This document shows positions 36,940 to 46,684 of a stretch of DNA of 64,000 nt, in pieces (positions within the stretch are counted from its first letter, which is position 1; the number at the start of each line of letters is the position of its first letter). This DNA comes from Bdellovibrionales bacterium. GTDB lineage: Bacteria > Bdellovibrionota > Bdellovibrionia > Bdellovibrionales > UBA1609. The position numbers and the translations under genes were made by a program. Location of the stretch: contig JAYQON010000004.1 of assembly GCA_038144835.1 (NCBI GenBank), forward strand, positions 17 to 64,016, given 5' to 3'. Below the pieces are notes generated by a model. That model was not told the DNA's origin. It was given only the letters and a program-made list of their open reading frames with translations, and did not search any database.

Positions 36940-37824
36940 CTATCCTTTGCTGGCTTTGCGTTTATAAACTTTAAAAATAGCGTCCAATGGCTGTGTGCGG
37001 ATCTGGTTGGCATTTAAATAAAAGCGGCCTTCTCCACTTTCTATGCGCCGCTGAAATGCCTTTAAACTATCCTCCACTTTGGGATCCACATCGAACCCTG
37101 CTTCTTCATACTTAGCATAAAAATCCTCCGCCTGCCCGCGTGAGAAGAAGCGTTTCCATTCTTTGGTATCTGTAACCATGCGGTACGTTAACGTTCGAGC
37201 ATAGGAGTGAACGGGAGTATAAGCTGTTAATACCTCAAAATCACCATAATGGGTGTGTAAGCGAACCGCAGGACTGGCCCACTGTGTAACTCCACAACAA
37301 ACCTCGACATTGGCATACCAAAGGCCAAAGGCTTTGGTCAAAAAACCAAGACCATAAACACTCTGCTCAGCAGGAACCAACGAGTTGATTGAACACAAAT
37401 TATGCGCAACCCACTCTTGCGGTGCCATTGTGGGTATGATGATAAACAAAGATATGGGCAACCATTCTGTGTTGGCCTGCGGCTTGAGCACTTCAATCAT
37501 CTCCGGGGTCGCCTTGGAGTGATGAATGGCAAACCCCGCGACAAATCCGGGAACAATCGCACAGTCGTAAAACACCCACCTCGGCATCGGCATATTGCTC
37601 GCCGCAAATGCCCGGGATTCCAGACGCAAGATTTGATCGGCAAAATCCACCTCATCCATGCGCAACGGGTTTTTAAACAATGGTTCCATCGGAAACCAGT
37701 TTAAGGAATAACGCTGACCGGGATTAGGAATGCGGTTTTCAGGGCGTACATAGACATATGGCCGCAGGTCTTGACTGCTCAGCCAGTTCAATTTTGGGTA
37801 ATGTAAAAGATCCGAGGTCATCAC
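36940..37824 (-). CDS. conserved hypothetical protein
   Basis: Long ORF with protein-like composition and a 4-nt overlap with the upstream LOG gene. No motif recognised. Confidence 0.55.
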   Translation of the reverse strand: MMTSDLLHYPKLNWLSSQDLRPYVYVRPENRIPNPGQRYSLNWFPMEPLFKNPLRMDEVDFADQILRLESRAFAASNMPMPRWVFYDCAIVPGFVAGFAIHHSKATPEMIEVLKPQANTEWLPISLFIIIPTMAPQEWVAHNLCSINSLVPAEQSVYGLGFLTKAFGLWYANVEVCCGVTQWASPAVRLHTHYGDFEVLTAYTPVHSYARTLTYRMVTDTKEWKRFFSRGQAEDFYAKYEEAGFDVDPKVEDSLKAFQRRIESGEGRFYLNANQIRTQPLDAIFKVYKRKASKG

Positions 37825-38354
37825 TTTAAATGCTCGCGCAACTGCTCAGGTTTGTCCAACACACACAGAATCTCATCCAGACTTTGGCGTATCAGACGCT
37901 GCTGGACCAAAATCTCAAGTGCCTCCAAGAAGGGTGTCCAAACACCTAGATAGTTATAAAAAATCAGTGGCTTGCGCAAATTTCCGATACTTTTCAGAGC
38001 CATAACTTCCAAGGCCTCATCAAGAGTACCCAGACCCCCCGGAAAAATCACAAACGCATCGGCTTTTTCGATCATAACAGTTTTGCGATCAGAAAGTGTT
38101 GGCACGACATGACTTTCACTAAGGCCAGGCTGGATCATGCCATCGACTAAAAAATCCATACTGGGAATAACGCCAATCAAGCGTCCCTGACGAGAGAGCA
38201 CCCCTCGCGCCAAACTCCCCATACAACCCACCGCTGCACCACCGTAAACTATCACATGACCAGCCTCGGATAAAATCTGTCCGATCAACTCAGCCTCGGC
38301 AAGAAAACTGGGGCTGATATTCTCAGTGGCGCTACAAAAAACGGCGACGTTCAT
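37821..38354 (-). CDS. LOG-family (TIGR00730) nucleotide phosphoribohydrolase
   Basis: [10 protein letters not shown] and PGGLGTLDE motifs. 4-nt overlap with fumC. Confidence 0.85.
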   Translation of the reverse strand: MNVAVFCSATENISPSFLAEAELIGQILSEAGHVIVYGGAAVGCMGSLARGVLSRQGRLIGVIPSMDFLVDGMIQPGLSESHVVPTLSDRKTVMIEKADAFVIFPGGLGTLDEALEVMALKSIGNLRKPLIFYNYLGVWTPFLEALEILVQQRLIRQSLDEILCVLDKPEQLREHLK

Positions 38355-39745
38355 CCTATTCCTTCAGGGCCAATCATTTTTTCGGGACGTACAACGGCAT
38401 CAAATTTATCAGCATCCAAAAGGCCGAGACGCAAGGCCTCTTCTTTCAAAGTGGTCCCTCGCTCCCATGCCGCCTTGGCTATTTTAGCCGCATTGTCATA
38501 GCCAATGTGCGGATTCAAGGCAGTCACCAACATGAGGCTGTTTTCAAGGTGCTTTTTTATTTGCGCCGTGTTGGCGACAGTACCCTCCACACAGTGCTCA
38601 CGGAAAGACTCACAGGCATCGCCCAGCAAACGAATAGAATTCAAAACGTTAAACACAATCAATGGTTTAAATACGTTCAATTCGAAATGGCCTGTAGCTC
38701 CACCCACGGCCACAGCCATATCGTTACCAATCACTTGGGCGCAGACCATGGTCATAGCCTCACTCTGAGTGGGATTTACCTTGCCCGGCATGATTGAACT
38801 TCCAGGCTCATTGGCAGGAAGAATCAATTCGCCAATGCCACATCGCGGTCCACTTCCCAAAAGCCGAAAGTCGTTGGCAATTTTCATAAGGCTACACGCC
38901 AAAGTTTTTAAAGTTCCCGAGACCTGCACCAAAGCGTCATGAGCCGCCAGAGCTTCAAACTTATTGGGCGCACTGACGAAAGACAGCTTGGTTTCCTCGG
39001 CGATCCTCTGAGCTGCCAGCTCCGCAAATTGGGGATGGGTGTTTAGGCCCGTACCTACGGCCGTGCCTCCCAAGGCTAGCTGATAGACATGTTTCAATAC
39101 CCCTTGGGCTCGTTCTAGGCCGTGGCGAATCTGGGTCACATAGCCCGAAAACTCTTGCCCTAAAGTGAGGGGGGTCGCGTCCATCAGATGGGTTCGACCA
39201 ATTTTAACAATGTCGTTAAACTCCTTTTCCTTTTTTTCTAGAGCCTTCGCTAACAGCTCCAGTTGAGGAATTAAATGATGATTCAAGCGCTCGGCAACAG
39301 CAATGTGCATGGCTGTTGGGAAGGTATCATTTGAGGACTGAGCTTTATTTACATCATCATTGGGATGAATCGACTTCTCACCCAACTTTCCACCTTTGAG
39401 TTGAATAGCTCGATTGGCAATGACCTCATTGGCATTCATATTGGTTTGCGTACCACTGCCGGTTTGCCAAACGACAAGTGGAAATTCACTATCCCAACGC
39501 CCTTCAATGACTTCATCGGCAGCCTGAATAATGTATTGAGCTTTGTCGTCCGATAAAAGCTTGAGTTCCTGATTTGCACGCGCCGCACTTTTTTTAAGAA
39601 TACCTAAAGCACGTATCATTTCCCGCGGAAAACGATCCCCACCAATTTTGAAGTTCTGGATGGAGCGCTGGGTTTGTGCTCCCCATAGGCGCTCGGCGGG
39701 AACCTGGATTTCTCCCATGCTATCTTTTTCAATACGATAACTCAC
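38351..39745 (-). CDS. fumC: class II fumarate hydratase
   Basis: [29 protein letters not shown] (SS loop), 464 aa. Confidence 0.95.
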   Translation of the reverse strand: MSYRIEKDSMGEIQVPAERLWGAQTQRSIQNFKIGGDRFPREMIRALGILKKSAARANQELKLLSDDKAQYIIQAADEVIEGRWDSEFPLVVWQTGSGTQTNMNANEVIANRAIQLKGGKLGEKSIHPNDDVNKAQSSNDTFPTAMHIAVAERLNHHLIPQLELLAKALEKKEKEFNDIVKIGRTHLMDATPLTLGQEFSGYVTQIRHGLERAQGVLKHVYQLALGGTAVGTGLNTHPQFAELAAQRIAEETKLSFVSAPNKFEALAAHDALVQVSGTLKTLACSLMKIANDFRLLGSGPRCGIGELILPANEPGSSIMPGKVNPTQSEAMTMVCAQVIGNDMAVAVGGATGHFELNVFKPLIVFNVLNSIRLLGDACESFREHCVEGTVANTAQIKKHLENSLMLVTALNPHIGYDNAAKIAKAAWERGTTLKEEALRLGLLDADKFDAVVRPEKMIGPEGIG

Positions 39746-39850
39746 TGGACAATCTCCTAGCTGCGTAAATAGCCTCGAAAAATAGCGACTTTACGAGCGA
39801 AAGGCATCCAAAAGTTGGACTTGCGCACTGCCTTAAGTTAGGTTCTTGGG

Positions 39851-40312
39851 ATGCAATATTGGCTTATGAAATCAGAACCCGAGGTCTTCTCTATTGACGA
39901 CTTGCGATCCAAAGGATCGTCTCTGTGGGATGGAGTTCGCAACTATCAAGCAAGAAATTTCATGATGAAAGATATGCGCCTCGGAGATCAGGTTCTGTTT
40001 TATCACTCAAACTCAGAGCCCCCAGGGGTGGCTGGCTTGGCTGAAGTCATTGGTCTGGCCGAGCCCGATCCCACCCAATGGAATCGAAAGTCAGAATACT
40101 TTGATCTCAAAGCAAATATGGAAAAACCCATCTGGTACTGCGTGCGAGTAGGATTTAAAGCTAAATTTTCTCGACTTATTTCATTGACCGAGATTCGCCA
40201 ACATAAAGAGTTGGCCGATATGCTACTCTTGCGCAAAGGCCAACGACTATCCATTCAACCGGTTCACAAAAAGGACTTCCAATTTCTTTGTCGCTTAGGT
40301 TTCGACGATTAG
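39851..40312 (+). CDS. EVE-domain protein
   Basis: MQYWLMKSEPEVFSIDDL...WDGVRNYQARNFM...VLFYHSN is canonical EVE/THYN1-like. Confidence 0.85.
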   Translation: MQYWLMKSEPEVFSIDDLRSKGSSLWDGVRNYQARNFMMKDMRLGDQVLFYHSNSEPPGVAGLAEVIGLAEPDPTQWNRKSEYFDLKANMEKPIWYCVRVGFKAKFSRLISLTEIRQHKELADMLLLRKGQRLSIQPVHKKDFQFLCRLGFDD

Positions 40313-40324
40313 GTTGATGGTAAT

Positions 40325-41377
40325 ATGCCCTTAAACTTAACTCCACTTCCTCTCATTCAACTGGCCCCCATGGAGGGGGTTCTGGATTGGATTCTGCGCG
40401 AGCAGCTCTCTGAAGTGGGCGGCGTCGATCGTATGGTGACCGAATTTATTCGCGTCACTGACAAACTTTTACCCGATCACATTTTCTTTAAGTATTCGCC
40501 CGAACTTAATCAAGGGGGACGCACGCGCTGCGGAGTTCCCGTGTTCTTGCAGCTTTTAGGTGGACAAGCCCAACCCATGGCCGAAAACGCCGCTCGAGCG
40601 ATAGCCTTAGGAGCGCCCGGCATTGATTTGAATTTTGGCTGTCCCGCAAAAACTGTCAACCGTCACGACGGCGGAGCCATCTTGCTCAAGTCTCCACAGC
40701 GTTTATTTACAATCACCCAAGCGGTGCGCGCGGCTGTCCCCGCCCATATTCCAGTGACCGCAAAGGTGCGTTTGGGCTTTGACCATAAAGATCTACACCG
40801 CGAGATCGCCCAAGCTGTAGAAGAGGCTGGGGCTAACCACATTGTAGTGCATGCGCGCACTAGAACTGAAATGTACACTCCCCCTGCGCACTGGCACATC
40901 ATCGCTTCGATGCGGACTTCTCGCAAGATTCCCTTCTTGGCCAATGGTGAAATTTGGAACACGCAAGATTACCAAAACTGTGTGACGGCCTCCGGAGTAC
41001 AAAGAGTAGCCCTCGGAAGAGGGCTTGTGCGTTCTCCCATGCTCGCCTGGCAAATCAAACACAGTTTGGGACTGATTAAAAAAGTTCCCCACTTTGATGC
41101 TGGATTGTTTTTGGAGAGATTTTTTTCACAAAGCCAGTCTTACCGGGGAGACGCTTATGCCGTGGCCCGCATGAAACAAATGCTCCGCTACTGGTCTTCG
41201 GCAACACCTCTTTTTTTCTCTTGGTTCCAACGCTGTAAAACTTTATCAACCGCAGTGTCTATGCGCGATATACTGACTGAATATCGCAAAGAGCTGCATC
41301 TTTCCAAGGAGGCCACATGTCCGTCTCAGTTCGCGTCTACACTTGGTCAAACTGCCCCTACTGTGTTCGTGCCATAG
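40325..41377 (+). CDS. dusC: tRNA-dihydrouridine synthase (DusC-like)
   Basis: LAPMEGVLDWILREQLSEVGGVDRMVTEFIRVTDKLLP aligns with the E. coli DusC N-terminus. Also LNFGCPAK and VHAR. Confidence 0.75.
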   Translation: MPLNLTPLPLIQLAPMEGVLDWILREQLSEVGGVDRMVTEFIRVTDKLLPDHIFFKYSPELNQGGRTRCGVPVFLQLLGGQAQPMAENAARAIALGAPGIDLNFGCPAKTVNRHDGGAILLKSPQRLFTITQAVRAAVPAHIPVTAKVRLGFDHKDLHREIAQAVEEAGANHIVVHARTRTEMYTPPAHWHIIASMRTSRKIPFLANGEIWNTQDYQNCVTASGVQRVALGRGLVRSPMLAWQIKHSLGLIKKVPHFDAGLFLERFFSQSQSYRGDAYAVARMKQMLRYWSSATPLFFSWFQRCKTLSTAVSMRDILTEYRKELHLSKEATCPSQFASTLGQTAPTVFVP

Positions 41378-41592
41378 CACTGCTCGAGTCCAAGGGTATC
41401 GCTTTTGAGGAAATCAATCTCGATGGTAAAGACGAAGAGCTTCATGCCTTACGAACGCGTACCGGCTGGAGAACTGTTCCGCAAATTTTTATCGGCGAAG
41501 AGATGATCGGAGGATATACCGACCTGGCCGCACTTGAGGCTTCTGGCAAGCTGGAAAAAATGCTGCATCCGGGACCTACAAAGGCGCCTTAA
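41317..41592 (+). CDS. grxC: glutaredoxin 3
   Basis: VRVYTWSNCPYCVRAIALL (CPYC), TVPQIFIGEEMIGGYTDL. Overlaps the dusC 3' end by 61 nt in another frame. Confidence 0.85.
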   Translation: MSVSVRVYTWSNCPYCVRAIALLESKGIAFEEINLDGKDEELHALRTRTGWRTVPQIFIGEEMIGGYTDLAALEASGKLEKMLHPGPTKAP

Positions 41593-41691
41593 GCAAGGCG
41601 GCTTTTGGTTTATAAAATCTTCGCAAAAACTTGGAATTCAATTTGCTCACTCTCTACCTAGAGTCATTTCAAACTCGGGAGGTAGGCTTAT

Positions 41692-42237
41692 ATGGGTTCT
41701 CAGCGTTTTTTTGCGACAAAGATTGTCTTTGTCATGACATCCTTCGCACTTTTACCAGCCTGTGGACACAAGGAGGTAAGAGTCGATACCGCTCAAGATG
41801 CCAATCCAGCTCTATACGGAGCTTATACATCAAGTTTTGGAATCCAAACTGAAGCCAGCTTAGAAAACACCTATCAGCCCATCAAAAAGAAAAACTCTGT
41901 GAAGAAAAAAAAGAGGACCCTGGTCAATCGCACCCAGCTCAAGAGCATCAAAAAATCTAATGCAACCCTGCAAACAGCCACCCTCAAACCAACTCAGACG
42001 CAAGCTGAAACCTCACAGCCTTTAACCGTCATTGACCCCTCCGAACTCCCTCTAAGTGTAGGGGCCATGGACAACACTCAAAACCCAAAACCACCTTCTT
42101 CCCCTCCGTTTTATGAAGGGGTGAAAGCAAACCGTCTTGCTTTTGGGCTCATTTCCACTTTTGTCCTTGGACTGTTGACGGCCATTGTTTTTATTGTTCG
42201 CCGTCGCAGAAACCGACATGACCTTATTCTTAATTAG
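41692..42237 (+). CDS. hypothetical lipoprotein with C-terminal TM anchor
   Basis: Lipobox LLPAC, low-complexity K/T/Q-rich middle, C-terminal TM helix followed by RRRRNRH. Confidence 0.55.
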   Translation: MGSQRFFATKIVFVMTSFALLPACGHKEVRVDTAQDANPALYGAYTSSFGIQTEASLENTYQPIKKKNSVKKKKRTLVNRTQLKSIKKSNATLQTATLKPTQTQAETSQPLTVIDPSELPLSVGAMDNTQNPKPPSSPPFYEGVKANRLAFGLISTFVLGLLTAIVFIVRRRRNRHDLILN

Positions 42238-42604
42238 TTGTTTTATACGGAGTTCGTATCTCGCCCGCAAAAAGAAAGCCCTCAAGAGCCAAGCGATTGT
42301 CTGTTGAGGTCTTTTTTACCAGCTCATTCGCCATAGAAAAAATTTCTTCAGCACGAGCAACAGCTTGGCGCGATCCATAATCGCTCTCCGCAAAATCTTT
42401 GTCGGCTTGACCCATCGTATCCATAAGACGACTTTCGAGCTCATCAACCGACAGTAAGGAATACTTACACGCCAAGTTTTCTCGTAAATCAACAAGAGCC
42501 GCACGCGTCTGCGCCTGCTTTTGCATGCGCTTCATATCTTTAGCTTGCGCGAAAGCAAAGTTACAACTTACCACCAAACCGAAAATCAATACCAACACCG
42601 ACAT
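42230..42604 (-). CDS. small secreted hypothetical protein
   Basis: Signal MSVLVLIFGLVVSCNFAFAQA; helical. Confidence 0.5.
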   Translation of the reverse strand: MSVLVLIFGLVVSCNFAFAQAKDMKRMQKQAQTRAALVDLRENLACKYSLLSVDELESRLMDTMGQADKDFAESDYGSRQAVARAEEIFSMANELVKKTSTDNRLALEGFLFAGEIRTPYKTTN

Positions 42605-42666
42605 TTAGCCTCCTGGAAGAGCTCCTTTTGCCATATTCTTGGCTTTCTGCCAAATTTGGGCCTTTA

Positions 42667-44190
42667 TTATTTGTCTGTGTAGATCTTTTTTTCATTGAAA
42701 CCGCGTGCATAGGCAACTTCAATAAACTTTACGAACTCCTGAGTCTGGGAGTCGAGATTTTGAAATTTTATTTCTGACCCAGGTTGCTCATCAAACAGCC
42801 CATCTAGAGCCAAACCGACTTCATTAAAAAATGTAGCCAACTCAAGCACCTTATTTTCTTCCTCCACAAACAGTTGCAAAAAAATAGAGGACCGACTCTG
42901 AAATCCATTAAAAATCGCACTTTCGCTACTAAAAAAATCATGCAATCCCTTAAAGAGGGAGCGCAAATTTTGGCGCGCCTGAGTTGTCGAACAGCTGCGT
43001 TGCCTCAATTCTTTTAAAACCATACGTACTTGTTCAATCACTACGGTCAGATAATTCGAACGGTAGCCACGGCGACTTTCCAGCAGGGCGCGCGCCCTCT
43101 GCAAGCGCGTACTCTCAGATTGATTGAAAAGCGGTTTTGATCGAACCCACTGACGCAACTCCAATTCACGTGTGCGCAGCCGTCCTCGTTGAAAATTCAA
43201 GCGTGGCCAGTGCAGTCCACCGGTGATCGAGTCATAGAGTTCATGCGGTAGGCTGGTAGCGACCAGATAGGCTCCCAGTCCCAGTATAAAACCTACGACT
43301 GTCCCCCCACCGGGAAGAAGCATGGTGCCGATTCCCGCTGCGGCCAACGCGGCTGTAATTACAGCAAACTCTCCCGTCATGATGCGGGTACGTACAGTAA
43401 TGTCAATCCAGCGCGAAGAAGCTTCTTGATCAATGAGCGCTACATACAAGAGGTTTCGCGCCATTTTACCCACGAGCTTAAGATCGCGAGCGTCTGTATG
43501 ATCCCGGGATCCAAAAAGATGCCTGAATGCGCCACTGGCCATACCAAAAAGTGAACGCACTCGCGCGTATTCCTCGGGAGTGTCTAACATAAAAGTTGCT
43601 TCCGTCCAGAGTTGCGATCCCCACTCCCAGCCAAAATTGGCAACAATCATCATAATACTGATACGGATTCGTTCATGCATGATGGGGCGCGAGTCCGCAT
43701 TGGCAAGCAGAGCTGTTAAGGCAGAGACCGGATAATACGAAGCAAGACCAACTCCTGCCGCACCCAAAATCGAGAGATAAACCGCACCATTATCGACAAT
43801 TTGTGTGGCCGCATCCGAGGCTGCCTTAGCCAGACTCTCGCCAGAGGGATGACTCTGATGTTGAGCTTCAAAGCGAGTCTTAATTAGGTCAATTCCAGCC
43901 GCCGCTAAGAGAAACAACATGGTTTGACCTACATGGGCCGCCATTTCCGCAGGTCGTGACTCTGAGACGGATTTGAGACGTGCTCCAATTTTATCAGCGC
44001 TTAATCCTAAAGTCCTAAGATTTTGAAAGGCGCGGGGCTGCCCCTCCCAGATGATTTTTTTAGCGATCTGCAAAGCCCATGGACGTGTATCCGTTAGTGG
44101 ATTTGTCAGGTCAGATCTTGCGACCGCGGGCCGAGCCGGAAGAATGAGAGCCAGACTCAAAAGTAGTCGCAACACAACCCGCAAGCTCAT
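42667..44190 (-). CDS. hypothetical polytopic membrane protein with C-terminal helical domain
   Basis: Start moved to ATG 44190, 1 nt after the upstream stop. Signal MSLRVVLRLLLSLALILPARPAVA, then several Gly/Ala-rich TM segments. Confidence 0.55.
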   Translation of the reverse strand: MSLRVVLRLLLSLALILPARPAVARSDLTNPLTDTRPWALQIAKKIIWEGQPRAFQNLRTLGLSADKIGARLKSVSESRPAEMAAHVGQTMLFLLAAAGIDLIKTRFEAQHQSHPSGESLAKAASDAATQIVDNGAVYLSILGAAGVGLASYYPVSALTALLANADSRPIMHERIRISIMMIVANFGWEWGSQLWTEATFMLDTPEEYARVRSLFGMASGAFRHLFGSRDHTDARDLKLVGKMARNLLYVALIDQEASSRWIDITVRTRIMTGEFAVITAALAAAGIGTMLLPGGGTVVGFILGLGAYLVATSLPHELYDSITGGLHWPRLNFQRGRLRTRELELRQWVRSKPLFNQSESTRLQRARALLESRRGYRSNYLTVVIEQVRMVLKELRQRSCSTTQARQNLRSLFKGLHDFFSSESAIFNGFQSRSSIFLQLFVEEENKVLELATFFNEVGLALDGLFDEQPGSEIKFQNLDSQTQEFVKFIEVAYARGFNEKKIYTDK

Positions 44191-44191
44191 C

Positions 44192-45835
44192 TTATTTACG
44201 TCCGGCTTTTCCACCTGGCTTCTCAGATCCTTCACGCAATAAGCTGCCGGGCTCGACCAACGATCGCTTAGCGGCCGTGTCGCCATTAATTTCCATAATG
44301 CGGTCGAGAGCCTTTTCTTTGTCACCTTTGACAGGGTTAGATTTTTCAAGCTCGATGGAATGAAGTTTCACATCCAACTTAAAGTCGATGCGATCCAAGA
44401 TTTCCGCAACCTCGGCTTTAAATTCCTTATGCAAATAATTAAGCGAATGATTGTTCAACATTTCGTTGTAGATTTTTTGAGCTCCACGCAAAGTTTCGGC
44501 GTACATGGCATCATGCAGAAATTGTACAGCTAAGACCGTGGCTGCTTGCCTTTTAAAAATAAAAGCCTTGCGATAATTTTCAAAAATTCTGTTAATCTGC
44601 TCGGCCGTGGCGCCTAATCTCGCCAACTCGGCTTTACCCTCAGCGATGGCTTCAGAAAACTCGGCCACTCGCTCTGGCGCGTTACGTTCTGCTTCAATCT
44701 GCTTTTGAGCGAGCTCTAAGAGCGACTCACTGACCGCTTGCAATGCCGATGCGTTTGCCGGTTGAATCATGATCAGTCGATCCACGATACTCTCCGCACC
44801 TTGCCGATGCACTTCAGCGGCATTGAGAGAGTTGGTGGCTGATTGAGCAAAATCTTTGGGCCTCATGATGGTCAAATAACCCAGAAGATCTCTTCCTCCT
44901 CGGTACGCATCAGGCACTAAACTAAAGAGATAGCCCAAGTGATTCCACACCTTATACAAGCGACGCATATTTAATGACCAATTTTCACCTGAAATCTTAT
45001 ACGATTCGCCTTCTAGGATGGAGCGCATGCCATTTACCGCTTCTTTGGCTTTCTCCATTTCGGCCGCTTCCTTTTTCGCAGCCCCATCGAATAGCCATGA
45101 ATTGAGCACCATACCGACCCGCCCCAAATATTTGTTTCCGATCACTGCCAACTTCTGATTGATTGGGGTAACAAGAGGATTCAAAGCGGAATTGACAGCT
45201 CCAGCCGCTGGTCCCGCGATGAGTGCGCCAGAAGCTACTCCTTTGACGAAAAGATAAACGCCTACGATTGCAGCCCAGGTTTTCCATGAGGCCCACTCAA
45301 CATAGGGGTTGCTCACTACCTTACTGATCCATTCAATAAACTTGCGCGGATATTGGGTAGCTTGAGTTTTCTCTATCTTATATTGGGTGTAGGCCTGCGC
45401 CATGAAGATCTGCCAATTGAGCGGTTTTTGACCAGCCAAAGGGAGATTTTTTAGATACTGATCCTTATGTTTACGAAAATGCTCTAGAAACTCTTTGGGA
45501 TCATCCACAAACTGGGTGACCGCATTCGCCTCAACCAGAGCTGCAAAATCAAGTTCGTCTTGCGGGCTCAAGAGGCCTTTCATTAGCCGAGCCTCGGCCG
45601 CTTCTATTACAGCTTTGGCCCGCTTCAATGCCTCAGACTCGATCCTAGGTGCGGCTTTGGGTGAGCCTGAATTTAATGGCGGCAGCTCTGAGGCAGGAAG
45701 AGATTGCGCCCATAAAACCGAGGGAGCAAGAGCCATCTGCAAACAGAGAAGGCCTATAAACGAACGCCTAAAAAGGTCGGAGACACACATTTTATTGATC
45801 ATGTCTTTCAACAGATCAAAAACCGTGCGAGCCAT
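44192..45835 (-). CDS. hypothetical secreted/membrane coiled-coil protein
   Basis: N-terminal hydrophobic FIGLLCLQMALAPSVLWAQS (the true start may be an internal Met). Central TM pair AAIVGVYLFVKGVASGALIAGPAAGAV and long helical regions. Confidence 0.55.
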   Translation of the reverse strand: MARTVFDLLKDMINKMCVSDLFRRSFIGLLCLQMALAPSVLWAQSLPASELPPLNSGSPKAAPRIESEALKRAKAVIEAAEARLMKGLLSPQDELDFAALVEANAVTQFVDDPKEFLEHFRKHKDQYLKNLPLAGQKPLNWQIFMAQAYTQYKIEKTQATQYPRKFIEWISKVVSNPYVEWASWKTWAAIVGVYLFVKGVASGALIAGPAAGAVNSALNPLVTPINQKLAVIGNKYLGRVGMVLNSWLFDGAAKKEAAEMEKAKEAVNGMRSILEGESYKISGENWSLNMRRLYKVWNHLGYLFSLVPDAYRGGRDLLGYLTIMRPKDFAQSATNSLNAAEVHRQGAESIVDRLIMIQPANASALQAVSESLLELAQKQIEAERNAPERVAEFSEAIAEGKAELARLGATAEQINRIFENYRKAFIFKRQAATVLAVQFLHDAMYAETLRGAQKIYNEMLNNHSLNYLHKEFKAEVAEILDRIDFKLDVKLHSIELEKSNPVKGDKEKALDRIMEINGDTAAKRSLVEPGSLLREGSEKPGGKAGRK

Positions 45836-45938
45836 TAAGAAATTAAATATTGTTAAACAGCGATCACATTGAAAATCTTGACGTAAATTGCTCTTTCAGC
45901 CTTTTTTGGGCTACGAATTTAAAATCGATAAGGTCCGA

Positions 45939-46511
45939 TTAATGCTTTTGTAACTTTCGGACCGCCCGAGTAAGAGAACCAAGAACTTTAGTGACGGTCA
46001 ACGCGCCACCGGCGGCATCAAAGTTCACATATCTAGGCGTATTTACGTTGGCATTAAACAACGAGGCGTAGTTGCTTTTAACGCCTTCTGAAATTGATGG
46101 CTGCGCCAACTCCAGCTCCTGCAGACCAAAAAAACCAGCAACTGATTGCGGTGAAAGTCCCAACGAATTCAAGACACCCGCTCGCAGTCCCCATTCGTAA
46201 GTTGTAAGCCCCAAGGAGTTCAGATTCTCTTCGAAAAGAAAACGTAAGCGCTGCATATTGTCTGTGGTTAAGGGAAACTGTTCTGAGGAATTTATTGTGC
46301 ACTTTTCAAAGCGGGAACCCGCCATTGAACAAATAGCGAAGGCAGCCATTTGGTTACGAACGTTGACTAGGCCAACCAACGCCTCATTAGTGTCCGGCAA
46401 AAGCATAACTGAAAGCAACTGACGAGTTGCAAGATCCACCGTCTTGAGCTCTCCAGCCGAAGCCATAGAGCTCACCAACCCAACCACCAAAGCCAAAATT
46501 GATTTCATCAT
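45939..46511 (-). CDS. hypothetical secreted protein
   Basis: Start moved to ATG 46511 (signal MMKSILALVVGLVSSMASA). Confidence 0.5.
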   Translation of the reverse strand: MMKSILALVVGLVSSMASAGELKTVDLATRQLLSVMLLPDTNEALVGLVNVRNQMAAFAICSMAGSRFEKCTINSSEQFPLTTDNMQRLRFLFEENLNSLGLTTYEWGLRAGVLNSLGLSPQSVAGFFGLQELELAQPSISEGVKSNYASLFNANVNTPRYVNFDAAGGALTVTKVLGSLTRAVRKLQKH

Positions 46512-46684
46512 AACTGACCAGAACGTATGCAATCGTGCCAATTTCTGTCACATTTTTCGCTAAAGATATTTTCAGCGTAAAATCATAGATTTATAAAAAC
46601 CAATAAACCCTTTACCAGCCTCCGGCAACGCTCATTACATTGACTAGGGTAAAAAAAATTCAAGCAAATCTCGGGTTCGCCCCT

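Noticed and set aside
41317-41377. 61-nt dusC/grxC overlap as evidence of a frameshift or pseudogene
   Set aside because: Both ORFs are full length with all family motifs intact. The overlap only involves a non-conserved C-terminal extension of the DusC-like protein. There is no sign of disruption.
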